A stretch of DNA of 27,760 bases from an uncultured Campylobacterales bacterium (GCA_964484395.1 CAZAFM010000022.1:1-27760); one strand, 5' to 3'. Numbered from the stretch's first letter, positions 1 to 8,341 are shown. The notes: generated by a model not told the origin, from the sequence alone. Translations and numbers: made by a program.

Positions 1-182
1 TTTGAGCGATGCAGTTGAGAAGATAGAAAGCTTAGAATTCACAAAAAGAGATATTGAGAAAACCTGAGAGACTTAAAGAAAATTATCAAGGTTATTTTTC
101 AAGAAGAATTACTGCCGAGCATCGACTAGTTTATAAAATTATAGATGGTATTATTGTCGTTGCTCAATGTAAGTATTATTAA
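1..182 (+). pseudogene. YoeB/Txe-family toxin C-terminal remnant, truncated by the window edge and frame-disrupted
   Basis: Frame 3 (36..179, stop 180-182) reads NSQKEILRKPERLKENYQGYFSRRITAEHRLVYKIIDGIIVVAQCKYY*. This matches the YoeB C-terminal core (KPEPLK..L.G.WSRRIT.EHRLVY). Frame 3 is closed by TAG at 33-35, while the N-terminal-like peptide (VEKIESLEF..) is in frame 2 and ends at TGA 65-67. A frameshift between 36 and 64 is therefore needed for one reading frame. Confidence 0.45.
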
Positions 183-278
183 GATGCAAAAAGTCAGAGA
201 GCTTTTGGATGAGATTTTGGATTGACAAAAGTATTTATTAGTAGTATAATATATACTATTAAATAAATAGGAGATAAT

Positions 279-530
279 ATGCTAGTTATAAGCTCAAGTG
301 ATATAGTTAAAAAACCATCTTACATCACACGACCTACAGATATTACATTTGTAGAGGATGCTAAAAAGCATATTACCAAAAGTGTAGTTTTGCCATATGA
401 GCTTTATGAAAAGGTAAAAGAAAAGATAGAAGATGAACTATATCTTATGAACAACAAACAAGCTTTATCTCAAAGTTCTTTTGATGATTTTTTAGAGATA
501 GAAGCTGTAGCAGAAGAGCTTGTAAAATGA
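279..530 (+). CDS. Phd/YefM-family antitoxin (type II TA)
   Basis: An 83-aa acidic protein. The segment TKSVVLPYELYEKVKEKIEDELYLMNNKQALSQS resembles the YefM core ([30 protein letters not shown]). Its stop overlaps the start of the downstream toxin gene (ATGA at 527-530). Confidence 0.55.
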   Translation: MLVISSSDIVKKPSYITRPTDITFVEDAKKHITKSVVLPYELYEKVKEKIEDELYLMNNKQALSQSSFDDFLEIEAVAEELVK

Positions 531-880
531 AAAGAGGTGATATATACCTCGTAAGCTTTGGAAAAAAATACAATAGCGAATTTGGCAAAATCAGACCAGC
601 TTTGATAGTTCAAAACGATATAGCAAATAGAAATATAGACAAAGTAGAGTTCAAGGGTGTCACTGTTATACCAATATCTACAAATCTGCACGGTGGAGAC
701 CTGAGAGTGTATTTATGCAAAAGAGACCTTTTGGAAAAAAATAGTGAGATATGCATAAATGAACTTTGTACTTTAGATATGAGTAGAATAAGTTTAGATA
801 AACTATTGACATCATTGACAAAAGAAGAGACAGATGAAGTAAATATAAAACTTTTAAAGCATTTAGGGATGGTGTCATAA
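527..880 (+). CDS. PemK/MazF-family mRNA interferase toxin
   Basis: The N-terminus MKRGDIYLVSFGKKYNSEFGKIRPALIVQND closely matches Kid/PemK (MERGEIWLVSLDPTAGHEQQGTRPVLIV). The 117-aa length is typical, and the gene is translationally coupled to the upstream antitoxin. Confidence 0.85.
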   Translation: MKRGDIYLVSFGKKYNSEFGKIRPALIVQNDIANRNIDKVEFKGVTVIPISTNLHGGDLRVYLCKRDLLEKNSEICINELCTLDMSRISLDKLLTSLTKEETDEVNIKLLKHLGMVS

Positions 881-886
881 TTGATA

Positions 887-906
887 TTAGCCTCAGGCTA
901 AATTTT
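887..906 (+). terminator. Putative intrinsic terminator after the TA operon
   Basis: Perfect hairpin TTAGCC-TCA-GGCTAA (887-901) followed by ATTTT, lying 7 nt after the toxin stop codon. Confidence 0.3.
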
Positions 907-958
907 GAGCTGATAGTAGCTTTTGCTAAAACACAAAACAGTCGCAAGGAGTAGCGAG

Positions 959-1336
959 ATGGGACAGGTCAAAACACAGGTCAAAGTCAAAAACTTCATA
1001 AAAGGAAATGAGATAGAGCTAGAGGCGCTAGTGGATACAGGCGCTATGTATATGAGTCTCCCTCGAAGCATCATAGAGAAGCTAGGACTTCAGGAAGGAC
1101 GAAGAGTAAATGTCAGAACTACAAACGGCTCTATACAGAGAAGAGTCTATGAGGGTGCTAGGATATATATACAAGATAGAAGCGTAACCATGGATATACT
1201 AGAGCTTCCAGATGAAGTACCGCCTTTGTTAGGTGTGCTGATACTGGATGCACTTGATTTTATAGTAGACCCCATCACCCAGAAGCTAGCGCCAAACCCA
1301 GAGCATCATGGTGAGTACATAGTGGATATGTTTTGA
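959..1336 (+). CDS. Retropepsin-like (clan AA) aspartic protease, single domain
   Basis: It carries the ALVDTGA catalytic motif (the DTG of retropepsins), is about 125 aa, and has a late hydrophobic GVLILDALDF segment typical of the retropepsin fold. An AAGGA RBS lies 8 nt before the ATG at 959 (the ORF track begins at TTG 923). The gene is clearly GC-richer than its flanks. Confidence 0.7.
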   Translation: MGQVKTQVKVKNFIKGNEIELEALVDTGAMYMSLPRSIIEKLGLQEGRRVNVRTTNGSIQRRVYEGARIYIQDRSVTMDILELPDEVPPLLGVLILDALDFIVDPITQKLAPNPEHHGEYIVDMF

Positions 1337-1402
1337 TAAATATCGGAGGATAGCTTGGTTATGCCTTTAAATAAGTAGCTAATCGAAGATGAAAGGAAAA
1401 AA

Positions 1403-1555
1403 GTGTTTGACTATGATAGGATACAAAGAGTAAGGCTAAAAAGTTTCCCAAAGCAGCTTTTACAAGATATAAAAATAACAGATAGTACTTTTTTGGATAG
1501 TTTTGATGACGATTTTCCAAAGATTATTGATGAGATACATAAATATAAGTTTTAA
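1403..1555 (+). CDS. Candidate small ORF (50 aa) with a GTG start, unknown function
   Basis: Open frame from 1379. The only start option is GTG 1403, preceded by AGGAAAAAA (an RBS-like AGGA with about 6 nt spacing). The peptide is VFDYDRIQRVRLKSFPKQLLQDIKITDSTFLDSFDDDFPKIIDEIHKYKF. It could be a gene remnant. Confidence 0.2.
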   Translation: MFDYDRIQRVRLKSFPKQLLQDIKITDSTFLDSFDDDFPKIIDEIHKYKF

Positions 1556-1572
1556 AATTAAGGTCATTTCTA

Positions 1573-1947
1573 TTGAAAAAATACAAAATAATCCGCTACT
1601 TCTTCGTAGGTGGAATGGCTGCTGTTGTTGATATAACCCTCTTTGCTATATTTGCAAAGTTTTTAAGTTATAATTATCTTGTTGTGGCGTTTTTCTCATT
1701 TATCATAGCTACACTTGTGAACTACCTCATAAGCATAAGGATAGTTTTTGTAAGTGGCACAAGGCATGGTAAGAAAAAAGAGGTTAGCCTTGTATATCTA
1801 GTAAGTGGAGTTGGACTTTTACTAAACCTTCTCATTCTCTATATCCTCATATCTCTACTTGGAGTTGAGAAGATAAGCTCTAAAGTTATTGCGACTGGAC
1901 TTGTGTTTTTCTGGAACTACTATGCTAGGAAGTATTTTATTTTTTAA
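1573..1947 (+). CDS. GtrA-family small membrane protein (polyprenyl-P-sugar flippase-like)
   Basis: 124 aa with 4 predicted TM segments. The N-terminal IRYFFVGGMAAVVDITLF and the C-terminal FFWNYYARKYFIF are typical of the GtrA family (PF04138). Confidence 0.8.
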   Translation: MKKYKIIRYFFVGGMAAVVDITLFAIFAKFLSYNYLVVAFFSFIIATLVNYLISIRIVFVSGTRHGKKKEVSLVYLVSGVGLLLNLLILYILISLLGVEKISSKVIATGLVFFWNYYARKYFIF

Positions 1948-2866
1948 AAAGCTCATAATCTAAAATCTTAAGCTCATACTGCTCTTTGTGAAACTTCACC
2001 ACACTATCTAGTATAAACCCACTAAAAAGTGAAATGACAGATATAAGCATCAGTCCTGTAGCTAGAATAGCTGAAGGGACTTTGTATACATAGCCACTCT
2101 GCATATATTCGATAACTGGCGGTATGCCAAAGCATAGCCCAAGTATAAAAAAAAGTGATGCTAGGAGAGAAAAAAACATCAAAGGTTTGTAATCTTTGAA
2201 AACCCAAAGAATTGTTTTTAGCACCCTAAAACCATCTTTGAAGGTGTTTAACTTTGAGTAGCTACCCTCTGGTCTATCTCTGTACTCTATAGGTATCTCT
2301 TTTATCCTAAACTTTTTATCCAAAGTATGCAGTGTCATCTCTGTCTCTATCTCAAAGCCATCACTTGTTATTGGGATGTTTTTTACAAAACGCCTATTCA
2401 TTACTCTATACCCACTCATTATATCTTTTAGGTCTGAGTTAAAAAGCTTGTTTATAAGTGTCTTTACAAGGTTGTTGCCAAACCCATGCAGTGATCTTTT
2501 GTTCTCTTTAGCATAGGCTCCAGTGCTGTGTCTGTCACCTATCACTATATCTGCTTCATTATTTAATATTGGTTCAAGTAGCTCTCTAGCGTGTTTAGCA
2601 GGATATGTATTGTCACCATCTACCATTATGTATATATCACTATCTATCTCTCTAAAGGCTGTTCTTATGACATTTCCCTTACCCTGTCTTAGCTCTTTTT
2701 TGACAACTACTCCGCAACTACTTGCTATCTCAGAAGTTTTATCAGTTGAGTTGTTATCATAGACGACAATAGTAGCCTCTGGAAGATGCTCCTTGAAGTC
2801 CTCTATCACACTTTTTATAGTTATCTCTTCATTGTAGCATGGTATTATCACTGTTATTTTGCTCAT
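1937..2866 (-). CDS. GT2 polyprenyl-phosphate glycosyltransferase (GtrB/DPM1-like)
   Basis: The N-terminus VIIPCYNEE..VVYDNNSTDKT..DGDNTYP is a GT-A fold signature. The C-terminal TM hairpin (FFSLLASLFFILGLCF) is typical of GtrB/dolichol-P-mannose-synthase-like enzymes. Confidence 0.85.
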   Translation of the reverse strand: MSKITVIIPCYNEEITIKSVIEDFKEHLPEATIVVYDNNSTDKTSEIASSCGVVVKKELRQGKGNVIRTAFREIDSDIYIMVDGDNTYPAKHARELLEPILNNEADIVIGDRHSTGAYAKENKRSLHGFGNNLVKTLINKLFNSDLKDIMSGYRVMNRRFVKNIPITSDGFEIETEMTLHTLDKKFRIKEIPIEYRDRPEGSYSKLNTFKDGFRVLKTILWVFKDYKPLMFFSLLASLFFILGLCFGIPPVIEYMQSGYVYKVPSAILATGLMLISVISLFSGFILDSVVKFHKEQYELKILDYELFKK

Positions 2867-2876
2867 ATCTCCTCTT

Positions 2877-4736
2877 TTACATCAAAGGCTTTAGTGCAAG
2901 ATCTTCACCTTGCTTTTCTACCTTGTATAGGTTAAAAACATTTTGATTTTGCAAGAGTCTTTGGTAGATAGCTTGCACCTTTTGGGATTGAAATGGAAGC
3001 CATACATATTCATGTTCACCCATTTTTTCATAGATTTTATTTATAGGTTGCTGAAAAATAGTAACCTCGTCCGTTGTAAGTCTAGATGGGTACATATCAT
3101 ATCTAAGAAAATTTCTAAAAGAACCATTGTTTGGTACAGGTATGATGGCGTATATATCTGAAGTTTCAGGGATTTTACTTTTTATAGCATTTATGGTTGG
3201 TATTGTCTGAGCTCTAAATGAGTTTAGCTCATTTGCTTTGTAAATGGTTTTTAGGTTTGGAGTTTCTAAGGTGTAGATCAAAAGTGTTGCTAGTGAGACT
3301 ATCAGCAGAGGCTTTATCTCTACTTTGGCTATAGGGCTATCTTCTTTAATATCTACTTTTCTAGCAAGTGGCAGATAGTAGCTAGCTAGAAAAAACATTG
3401 CTGGCATTATGGCGATATTGGTATATCTCACATATGAAGGTATGCGAAATGCATTTCCACCAAATGCTACAAAGTAGCTAAGATAGAGTATCGTAAAATA
3501 CCCTAAAATAATAAACAGCATATATGCTGAGGATAGCAGTACTTCACTTTTTTTATAGCCCTCTTGCCTTCCTGTTAGAGTAGTTATCAGTGACACAATA
3601 ATAAAAGTCACTAAAAACCAAAAAGTCGTAAGCCTAAAACTATCTTTATACTCACCCATAGTGAAGTAGTCAAACTCATTAAATTTCTCAGATACCTCAT
3701 CTTTCGCTATCTGCTGGTCAAAAAATATCTCCCAAAACCTGTCTTTGACTTGAGCGTGAGTATCTTCATCAAGCATCTTTTTATCTGAGAATATATTAGT
3801 AACAATACCTGTAATAGACTGATTACCTTGTTCTATACCCTCTAAGTTAAGTCTTATATCCCAAGTCTTAAAAATCCCAAGTGTTAGTACCCCTAGAACA
3901 ATAGAGATATAAACAAGCTTCTTGTTTTTCTCTATAAAAATATATCTAATGAGCAGCAGTCCAACGCTAGCAGTGGCAAAGTAGAGTCCGACCTCTTTGA
4001 TAAAAGCTATAGCAGTAAGTGGCGCTAGTAGTAAAAAGATAGACTTCTTATCAAATCTATCATAGAGTATCACCATTATAAGCCCTGCAAACATAGCTCC
4101 TACTACATGGTCTACATAGATTTTGTTAAGTCCATGTCCGAAGTTCGCTAGAAAGGCTATCTGAAGTAGAAATGCTAGTACTATCCAGTGAGGCTTCTTG
4201 AAGCTTGTGTTTTCATATATCATCATCGTAGCACTAGCTATGAGTAAAAACTGTGCAAAGTAAGCTCCTCCCTCACTAAAGCCACTTAAAAGCATAGTGA
4301 AGTACTGCCATACAGGAGCACCTGGAACATAGTGAGGGTGAGCCGCTAGTGTGCTTGCATCATATAGTCTATCAGTATACATCATCTCTTTTATAAAAAG
4401 CCCCCAGTGGCTAAACTCATCCCAGAAAAAGAAGTGTGAGTCACGAGAGATAAAAAAGTAGACAAGTGAAAATATAATCATCAAAACTATAGGAGTAGAG
4501 CTAAAAAACTCTATATTTTTCTCTCTATATTTATAAGGTATATACAAAAACAGCGTCACACCTATGGCAAAAACAGCGTAACTAGCCTCTTTGAGTAGTC
4601 CTATCATCGCTAGCAAGACAATAGCAGTCACCATAAAAGAGGTAGATATAAAAACTGCACTTGAAGCCCTAAGCCCAAAGTAGACAAAGATAAAAAGTGC
4701 GTATCCGAAAATAGGCAGTAAAGTCAAAAGTTCCAT
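2877..4736 (-). CDS. GT-C fold integral membrane glycosyltransferase (ArnT/PMT-like)
   Basis: 619 aa, with about 12 TM helices over the first 450 aa and a soluble C-terminal domain. The first loop FFFWDEFSHWG carries a DE-type motif. The gene sits immediately downstream of the GtrB-like GT2. It lacks the WWDYG motif of PglB/STT3. Confidence 0.6.
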   Translation of the reverse strand: MELLTLLPIFGYALFIFVYFGLRASSAVFISTSFMVTAIVLLAMIGLLKEASYAVFAIGVTLFLYIPYKYREKNIEFFSSTPIVLMIIFSLVYFFISRDSHFFFWDEFSHWGLFIKEMMYTDRLYDASTLAAHPHYVPGAPVWQYFTMLLSGFSEGGAYFAQFLLIASATMMIYENTSFKKPHWIVLAFLLQIAFLANFGHGLNKIYVDHVVGAMFAGLIMVILYDRFDKKSIFLLLAPLTAIAFIKEVGLYFATASVGLLLIRYIFIEKNKKLVYISIVLGVLTLGIFKTWDIRLNLEGIEQGNQSITGIVTNIFSDKKMLDEDTHAQVKDRFWEIFFDQQIAKDEVSEKFNEFDYFTMGEYKDSFRLTTFWFLVTFIIVSLITTLTGRQEGYKKSEVLLSSAYMLFIILGYFTILYLSYFVAFGGNAFRIPSYVRYTNIAIMPAMFFLASYYLPLARKVDIKEDSPIAKVEIKPLLIVSLATLLIYTLETPNLKTIYKANELNSFRAQTIPTINAIKSKIPETSDIYAIIPVPNNGSFRNFLRYDMYPSRLTTDEVTIFQQPINKIYEKMGEHEYVWLPFQSQKVQAIYQRLLQNQNVFNLYKVEKQGEDLALKPLM

Positions 4737-4850
4737 AAAAGTCCTGATAAATTTTTTGTGATTTTATAGCAAAAATACTTACTGCTTGCTAATCCTCTAA
4801 CTTTAAAAACTGTATAATCCCATCAATAGTTTTGTAAATCAGGGAAGTAA

Positions 4851-6575
4851 ATGTATATTTTAGGACTTAATGCCTACCATGGTGATAGTAGTGCGTGTAT
4901 TTTTGAAGATGGGGAGCTTGTAGCGGCAATTGAAGAGGAGAGGATTCGTAGGGTTAAGCATTGGGCTGGGTTTCCTAGTGAGGCTATTAGATTCTGCTTA
5001 AAAGAGTGCGGTATAGGGATAGAAGATGTAGATGGTATAGCAATATCGCGCGATCCCAAGGCTAATTTTTCTAAAAAAGTCATTCATAGCCTAAAAAACA
5101 TAGTTAGCTTCAAAACCATAAAAGATAGAATGCTAAATAGCAAAAAAGTGGGTTCTATCAAGAGTGAACTAGCAAGCTCACTAGGTGTCAATGAGACAGA
5201 TATAAATGCTAAAATCTACAATGTAGAGCACCACAGAGCTCATATGGCAAGTGCGTTTTTTGCTAGTCCTTTTGAGAGTTCTGCGATACTCTCTATAGAT
5301 GGATTTGGTGATTTTACCTCTACGATGATAGGCTCTGGTAGGGGATTAGATATAGAAGTACTTGATAGTGTTATCTATCCTCACTCTGTAGGGATTTTTT
5401 ATACTGCTTTTACTCAGTATCTGGGATTTGATAAGTATGGTGATGAGTACAAGGTCATGGGGCTATCTCCTTATGGAGAAGCAAGCTTGGTTGAGAAGAT
5501 AAAGGATGTGCTTATCTTTAAGGACAATGGACTGTTTGAGCTAAACAAAAAATACTTCAAGCATCCAAAAGAGGGTGTATCCATGAGCTGGGAAGATGGT
5601 GATCCATGCATAGAGCCTATTTACTCAGACTATCTTGTAGAGGTTTTTGGTAAGCCAAGAAGCAAAGATGAAGAGCTTACAGAGTATCACAAAAACTTAG
5701 CAGCTTCAGTTCAGAGAGTGACTGAGGAGCTAATATTTCACATACTTGAGCATCTACACAAAAAAACAGGTGAAGAAAACCTCTGCCTAGCAGGAGGTGT
5801 AGCTCAAAACTCAGTAGCAAATGGGAAAATCCTAAAAAACACTAGCTTTAAGTCTATCTATATCCCACCAGCAGGACATGATGCTGGTACAGCTATAGGT
5901 GCTGCTCTTTGGGTGTATAATCATATTTTAAGACAGCCTAGAATTGCTCCTATGTATCATAGCTATTTTGGAAGTAGCTTTAGTGATGAGGAAATTGAGG
6001 AGTTTTTGAGCTCACAAGAAATCCCATATAAAAAGTATAGCGACAATGAGCTTCTTGATGTGGTTACTGATAGGCTTATAGATGCAGGTGTAGTTGGATG
6101 GTTTCAAGGAAGAGCGGAGTTTGGTCCTAGAGCCCTAGGGCATAGGAGTATACTAGCAGATCCAACCCGCGATGATGCAAAAGAGCTACTAAATCTCAAG
6201 ATAAAAAGACGAGAGCCATTTAGACCATTTGCACCATCTATTCTAAAAGAGTTTATGGATGAGTATTTTATGGACTCAGATAGTGTACCTTTTATGGAGA
6301 AGGTTTTTGGCTTTAGAGATGAGAAAAAAGAAGCTCTAAAAGCCGTAGTGCATGTAGATGGGAGTGGTAGACTTCAGAGTGTTGATAGAGAGATAGAGCC
6401 AAAGTACTATGGACTTATAGAGAGATTTTATCAAAAAAGTGGAGTTCCTATTCTTTTAAATACATCTTTTAATGAAAATGAACCTATCGTAAATACTCCA
6501 GAGGAAGCATACAACTGCTTTGCTAGAACAAAAATGGATATGCTTGTTATGGGAAATATTGTAGTAACTAGATGA
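4851..6575 (+). CDS. Carbamoyltransferase of the NodU/CmcH family
   Basis: The N-terminus MYILGLNAYHGDSSACIFEDGELVAAIEEERIRRVKHWAGFP matches the NodU/CmcH consensus (ILGLS.YHDSAAALV.DGEIVAA.EEERFSR.KH). 574 aa, typical two-domain length. An upstream extended -10 TGTATAAT lies at about 4810-4817. Confidence 0.9.
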   Translation: MYILGLNAYHGDSSACIFEDGELVAAIEEERIRRVKHWAGFPSEAIRFCLKECGIGIEDVDGIAISRDPKANFSKKVIHSLKNIVSFKTIKDRMLNSKKVGSIKSELASSLGVNETDINAKIYNVEHHRAHMASAFFASPFESSAILSIDGFGDFTSTMIGSGRGLDIEVLDSVIYPHSVGIFYTAFTQYLGFDKYGDEYKVMGLSPYGEASLVEKIKDVLIFKDNGLFELNKKYFKHPKEGVSMSWEDGDPCIEPIYSDYLVEVFGKPRSKDEELTEYHKNLAASVQRVTEELIFHILEHLHKKTGEENLCLAGGVAQNSVANGKILKNTSFKSIYIPPAGHDAGTAIGAALWVYNHILRQPRIAPMYHSYFGSSFSDEEIEEFLSSQEIPYKKYSDNELLDVVTDRLIDAGVVGWFQGRAEFGPRALGHRSILADPTRDDAKELLNLKIKRREPFRPFAPSILKEFMDEYFMDSDSVPFMEKVFGFRDEKKEALKAVVHVDGSGRLQSVDREIEPKYYGLIERFYQKSGVPILLNTSFNENEPIVNTPEEAYNCFARTKMDMLVMGNIVVTR

Positions 6576-7321
6576 AAGTTTCAATCATAACCTCAGTTTA
6601 TAACAACAAAGAGACTATCGCTGATGCCATAGATTCTGTACTCTCCCAAGATTATAATGATATAGAGTATATAGTCATAGATGGTGGAAGCAGTGATGGG
6701 ACAGTTGAGATTGTAAAAAGCTATGGTGATAAAATCGCTAGGTTTAGTAGCCAAAAAGATAGAGGTATATATGATGGACTAAATCGCGGTATTGAGCAAG
6801 CAGGTGGAGATATTGTAGGTTTTTTACATAGTGATGATATATATGCAAAAAGCTCCATTATAAGTGAAGTAGTAGAGCGCTTTGAAAAAGGCTGTATGGG
6901 AGTCTATGGAGATCTTGTCTATACTACAAAAAGTGACACAGATAGAATTATTAGATATTGGAAAAGTAAGGAGTTTGACATATCACTTCTAAAAAAGGGA
7001 TGGATGCCACCACATCCGACACTTTTTCTAAAAAAAGAGATATATGATAGAGTAGGTGGCTTTGACCTTGAGTTTAAAATAGCTGCTGATTATGACTTTA
7101 TGCTTAGAGTGCTAAAAGAAAATCCAAATGTCTGCTATATGGACAAAGTCCTATATAAAATGCGACTTGGTGGAGAGAGTAATAAAAGCCTCAAAAACAT
7201 CATAAACAAAAGCAAAGAGGACTACAGAGCTTTGAAGAAAAATGAGATTGGTGGTGTTTGTACGCTTCTAAGTAAAAACTTCAGTAAGCTAGGTCAGTTT
7301 ATAAAAAAGAGTGTGGAGTAG
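6572..7321 (+). CDS. GT2 family glycosyltransferase
   Basis: The segment VSIITSVYNNKETIADAIDSVLSQDY..IEYIVIDGGSSDGT is a classic GT-A N-terminus with DxD-like HSDD. It overlaps the carbamoyltransferase stop by 4 nt (ATGA). Confidence 0.85.
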   Translation: MKVSIITSVYNNKETIADAIDSVLSQDYNDIEYIVIDGGSSDGTVEIVKSYGDKIARFSSQKDRGIYDGLNRGIEQAGGDIVGFLHSDDIYAKSSIISEVVERFEKGCMGVYGDLVYTTKSDTDRIIRYWKSKEFDISLLKKGWMPPHPTLFLKKEIYDRVGGFDLEFKIAADYDFMLRVLKENPNVCYMDKVLYKMRLGGESNKSLKNIINKSKEDYRALKKNEIGGVCTLLSKNFSKLGQFIKKSVE

Positions 7322-7324
7322 GGC

Positions 7325-8338
7325 TTGGTATATAGTGCTTTTTTAGTTTTTGTATTTTTGCTTTCACTTAGTATGACTTACCTATCTGTGCGCTTTAAAG
7401 AGAGGCTAGCTATCATAGACACACCAAATGAAAGAAGTATGCACAAAACTCCTAAGCCTCGCTCAGGTGGGATAGCAATAGTTATAGCATTTGTGATAGG
7501 CACACTTTTGATGTTTGGTCCCTCTTCTAGCTCCTCTTTTTTGCTTCCACTGCTTATAGTTTTTATCCTTGGACTTGTAGATGATATAAGGCATGTCTCT
7601 GCAAAGGTCAAGCTACTTGTCATTTCACTCTCTGCTGCCCTTCTTTTTTATATGGGTTATGATATACAAAACTTTGGTGTGTTTTTAGGCTATGAGGTTG
7701 AGCTTTATTATGTTGTAGCACTCATCTTCTGTGCTGTAGCTGTAGGTGGTTTTGTAAATGCGGTAAATCTCATAGATGGACTTGATGGTCTTGCATCAGT
7801 TATATCTATCATCATACTAGCTGCATTTGTCTATATAGGTTATAAGTATAGTGATGATTTTTTGCTTTCTGTTAGCCTTTTGATGATATTTTCTATTTTG
7901 GGATTTCTAGTTTTTAATTGGTTTCCTTCAAAGATTTTTATGGGCGATTCTGGAAGTCTAAGTATAGGCTTTGTCATAGCTGTTATATCTATCTATAGTA
8001 TAAAGCAAGAGTACATCACTGCTATTTCAGTTCTGCTTCTAGCAGCTATACCTATCCTAGATACGCTTATTGTCATGGTGCGCAGAATCATAAGCGGACA
8101 AAACCCCTTTAGTCCAGATAGGACACATATACACCATATCATACTCAAGCAGCAACATAATGACATTAGAAAAACAGTTTTTATCCTTGCGCTTATGCAG
8201 ATGTTTTTCTCATACATAGGTCTTGGGTTTAAAGCTAGAGATGATATGCTTATTCTTGTTTTATATATCTTGGTTTTTGTGGTTTTTTATATGCTTCTAA
8301 CCCCAAGGTACAAAAGAAAATACAACCCAAAAAACTAG
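7325..8338 (+). CDS. WecA/MraY-family polyprenyl-phosphate HexNAc-1-phosphate transferase
   Basis: It has the NAVNLIDGLDGLA motif and a later FMGDSGSL motif, with about 10 TM helices. TTG start per the ORF track (an ATG at about 7373 is an alternative start). Confidence 0.85.
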   Translation: MVYSAFLVFVFLLSLSMTYLSVRFKERLAIIDTPNERSMHKTPKPRSGGIAIVIAFVIGTLLMFGPSSSSSFLLPLLIVFILGLVDDIRHVSAKVKLLVISLSAALLFYMGYDIQNFGVFLGYEVELYYVVALIFCAVAVGGFVNAVNLIDGLDGLASVISIIILAAFVYIGYKYSDDFLLSVSLLMIFSILGFLVFNWFPSKIFMGDSGSLSIGFVIAVISIYSIKQEYITAISVLLLAAIPILDTLIVMVRRIISGQNPFSPDRTHIHHIILKQQHNDIRKTVFILALMQMFFSYIGLGFKARDDMLILVLYILVFVVFYMLLTPRYKRKYNPKN

Positions 8339-8341
8339 ATT

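Noticed and set aside
470-947. Minus-strand ORFs 470..691 and 678..947 (73 and 89 aa)
   Set aside because: They are antisense to the well-supported antitoxin and toxin genes and to the hairpin terminator. They are low-complexity, Leu/Ser/Tyr-rich translations typical of AT-rich antisense frames, and no RBS was seen.
2022-3161. ORFs 2022..2207(-), 2523..2762(+), 2943..3161(+) nested in or antisense to the GT2 and GT-C genes
   Set aside because: They lie in shadow frames of strongly supported genes and have no start-site signals.
2877-4736. Possibility that the 619-aa membrane protein is a PglB/STT3 N-oligosaccharyltransferase
   Set aside because: No WWDYG motif, and the protein is shorter than PglB (about 710 aa). 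It fits a generic GT-C (ArnT/PMT-like) protein better.
4874-5083. ORF 4874..5083(-), 69 aa
   Set aside because: It is antisense within the carbamoyltransferase N-terminus, which has an unmistakable NodU/CmcH signature.
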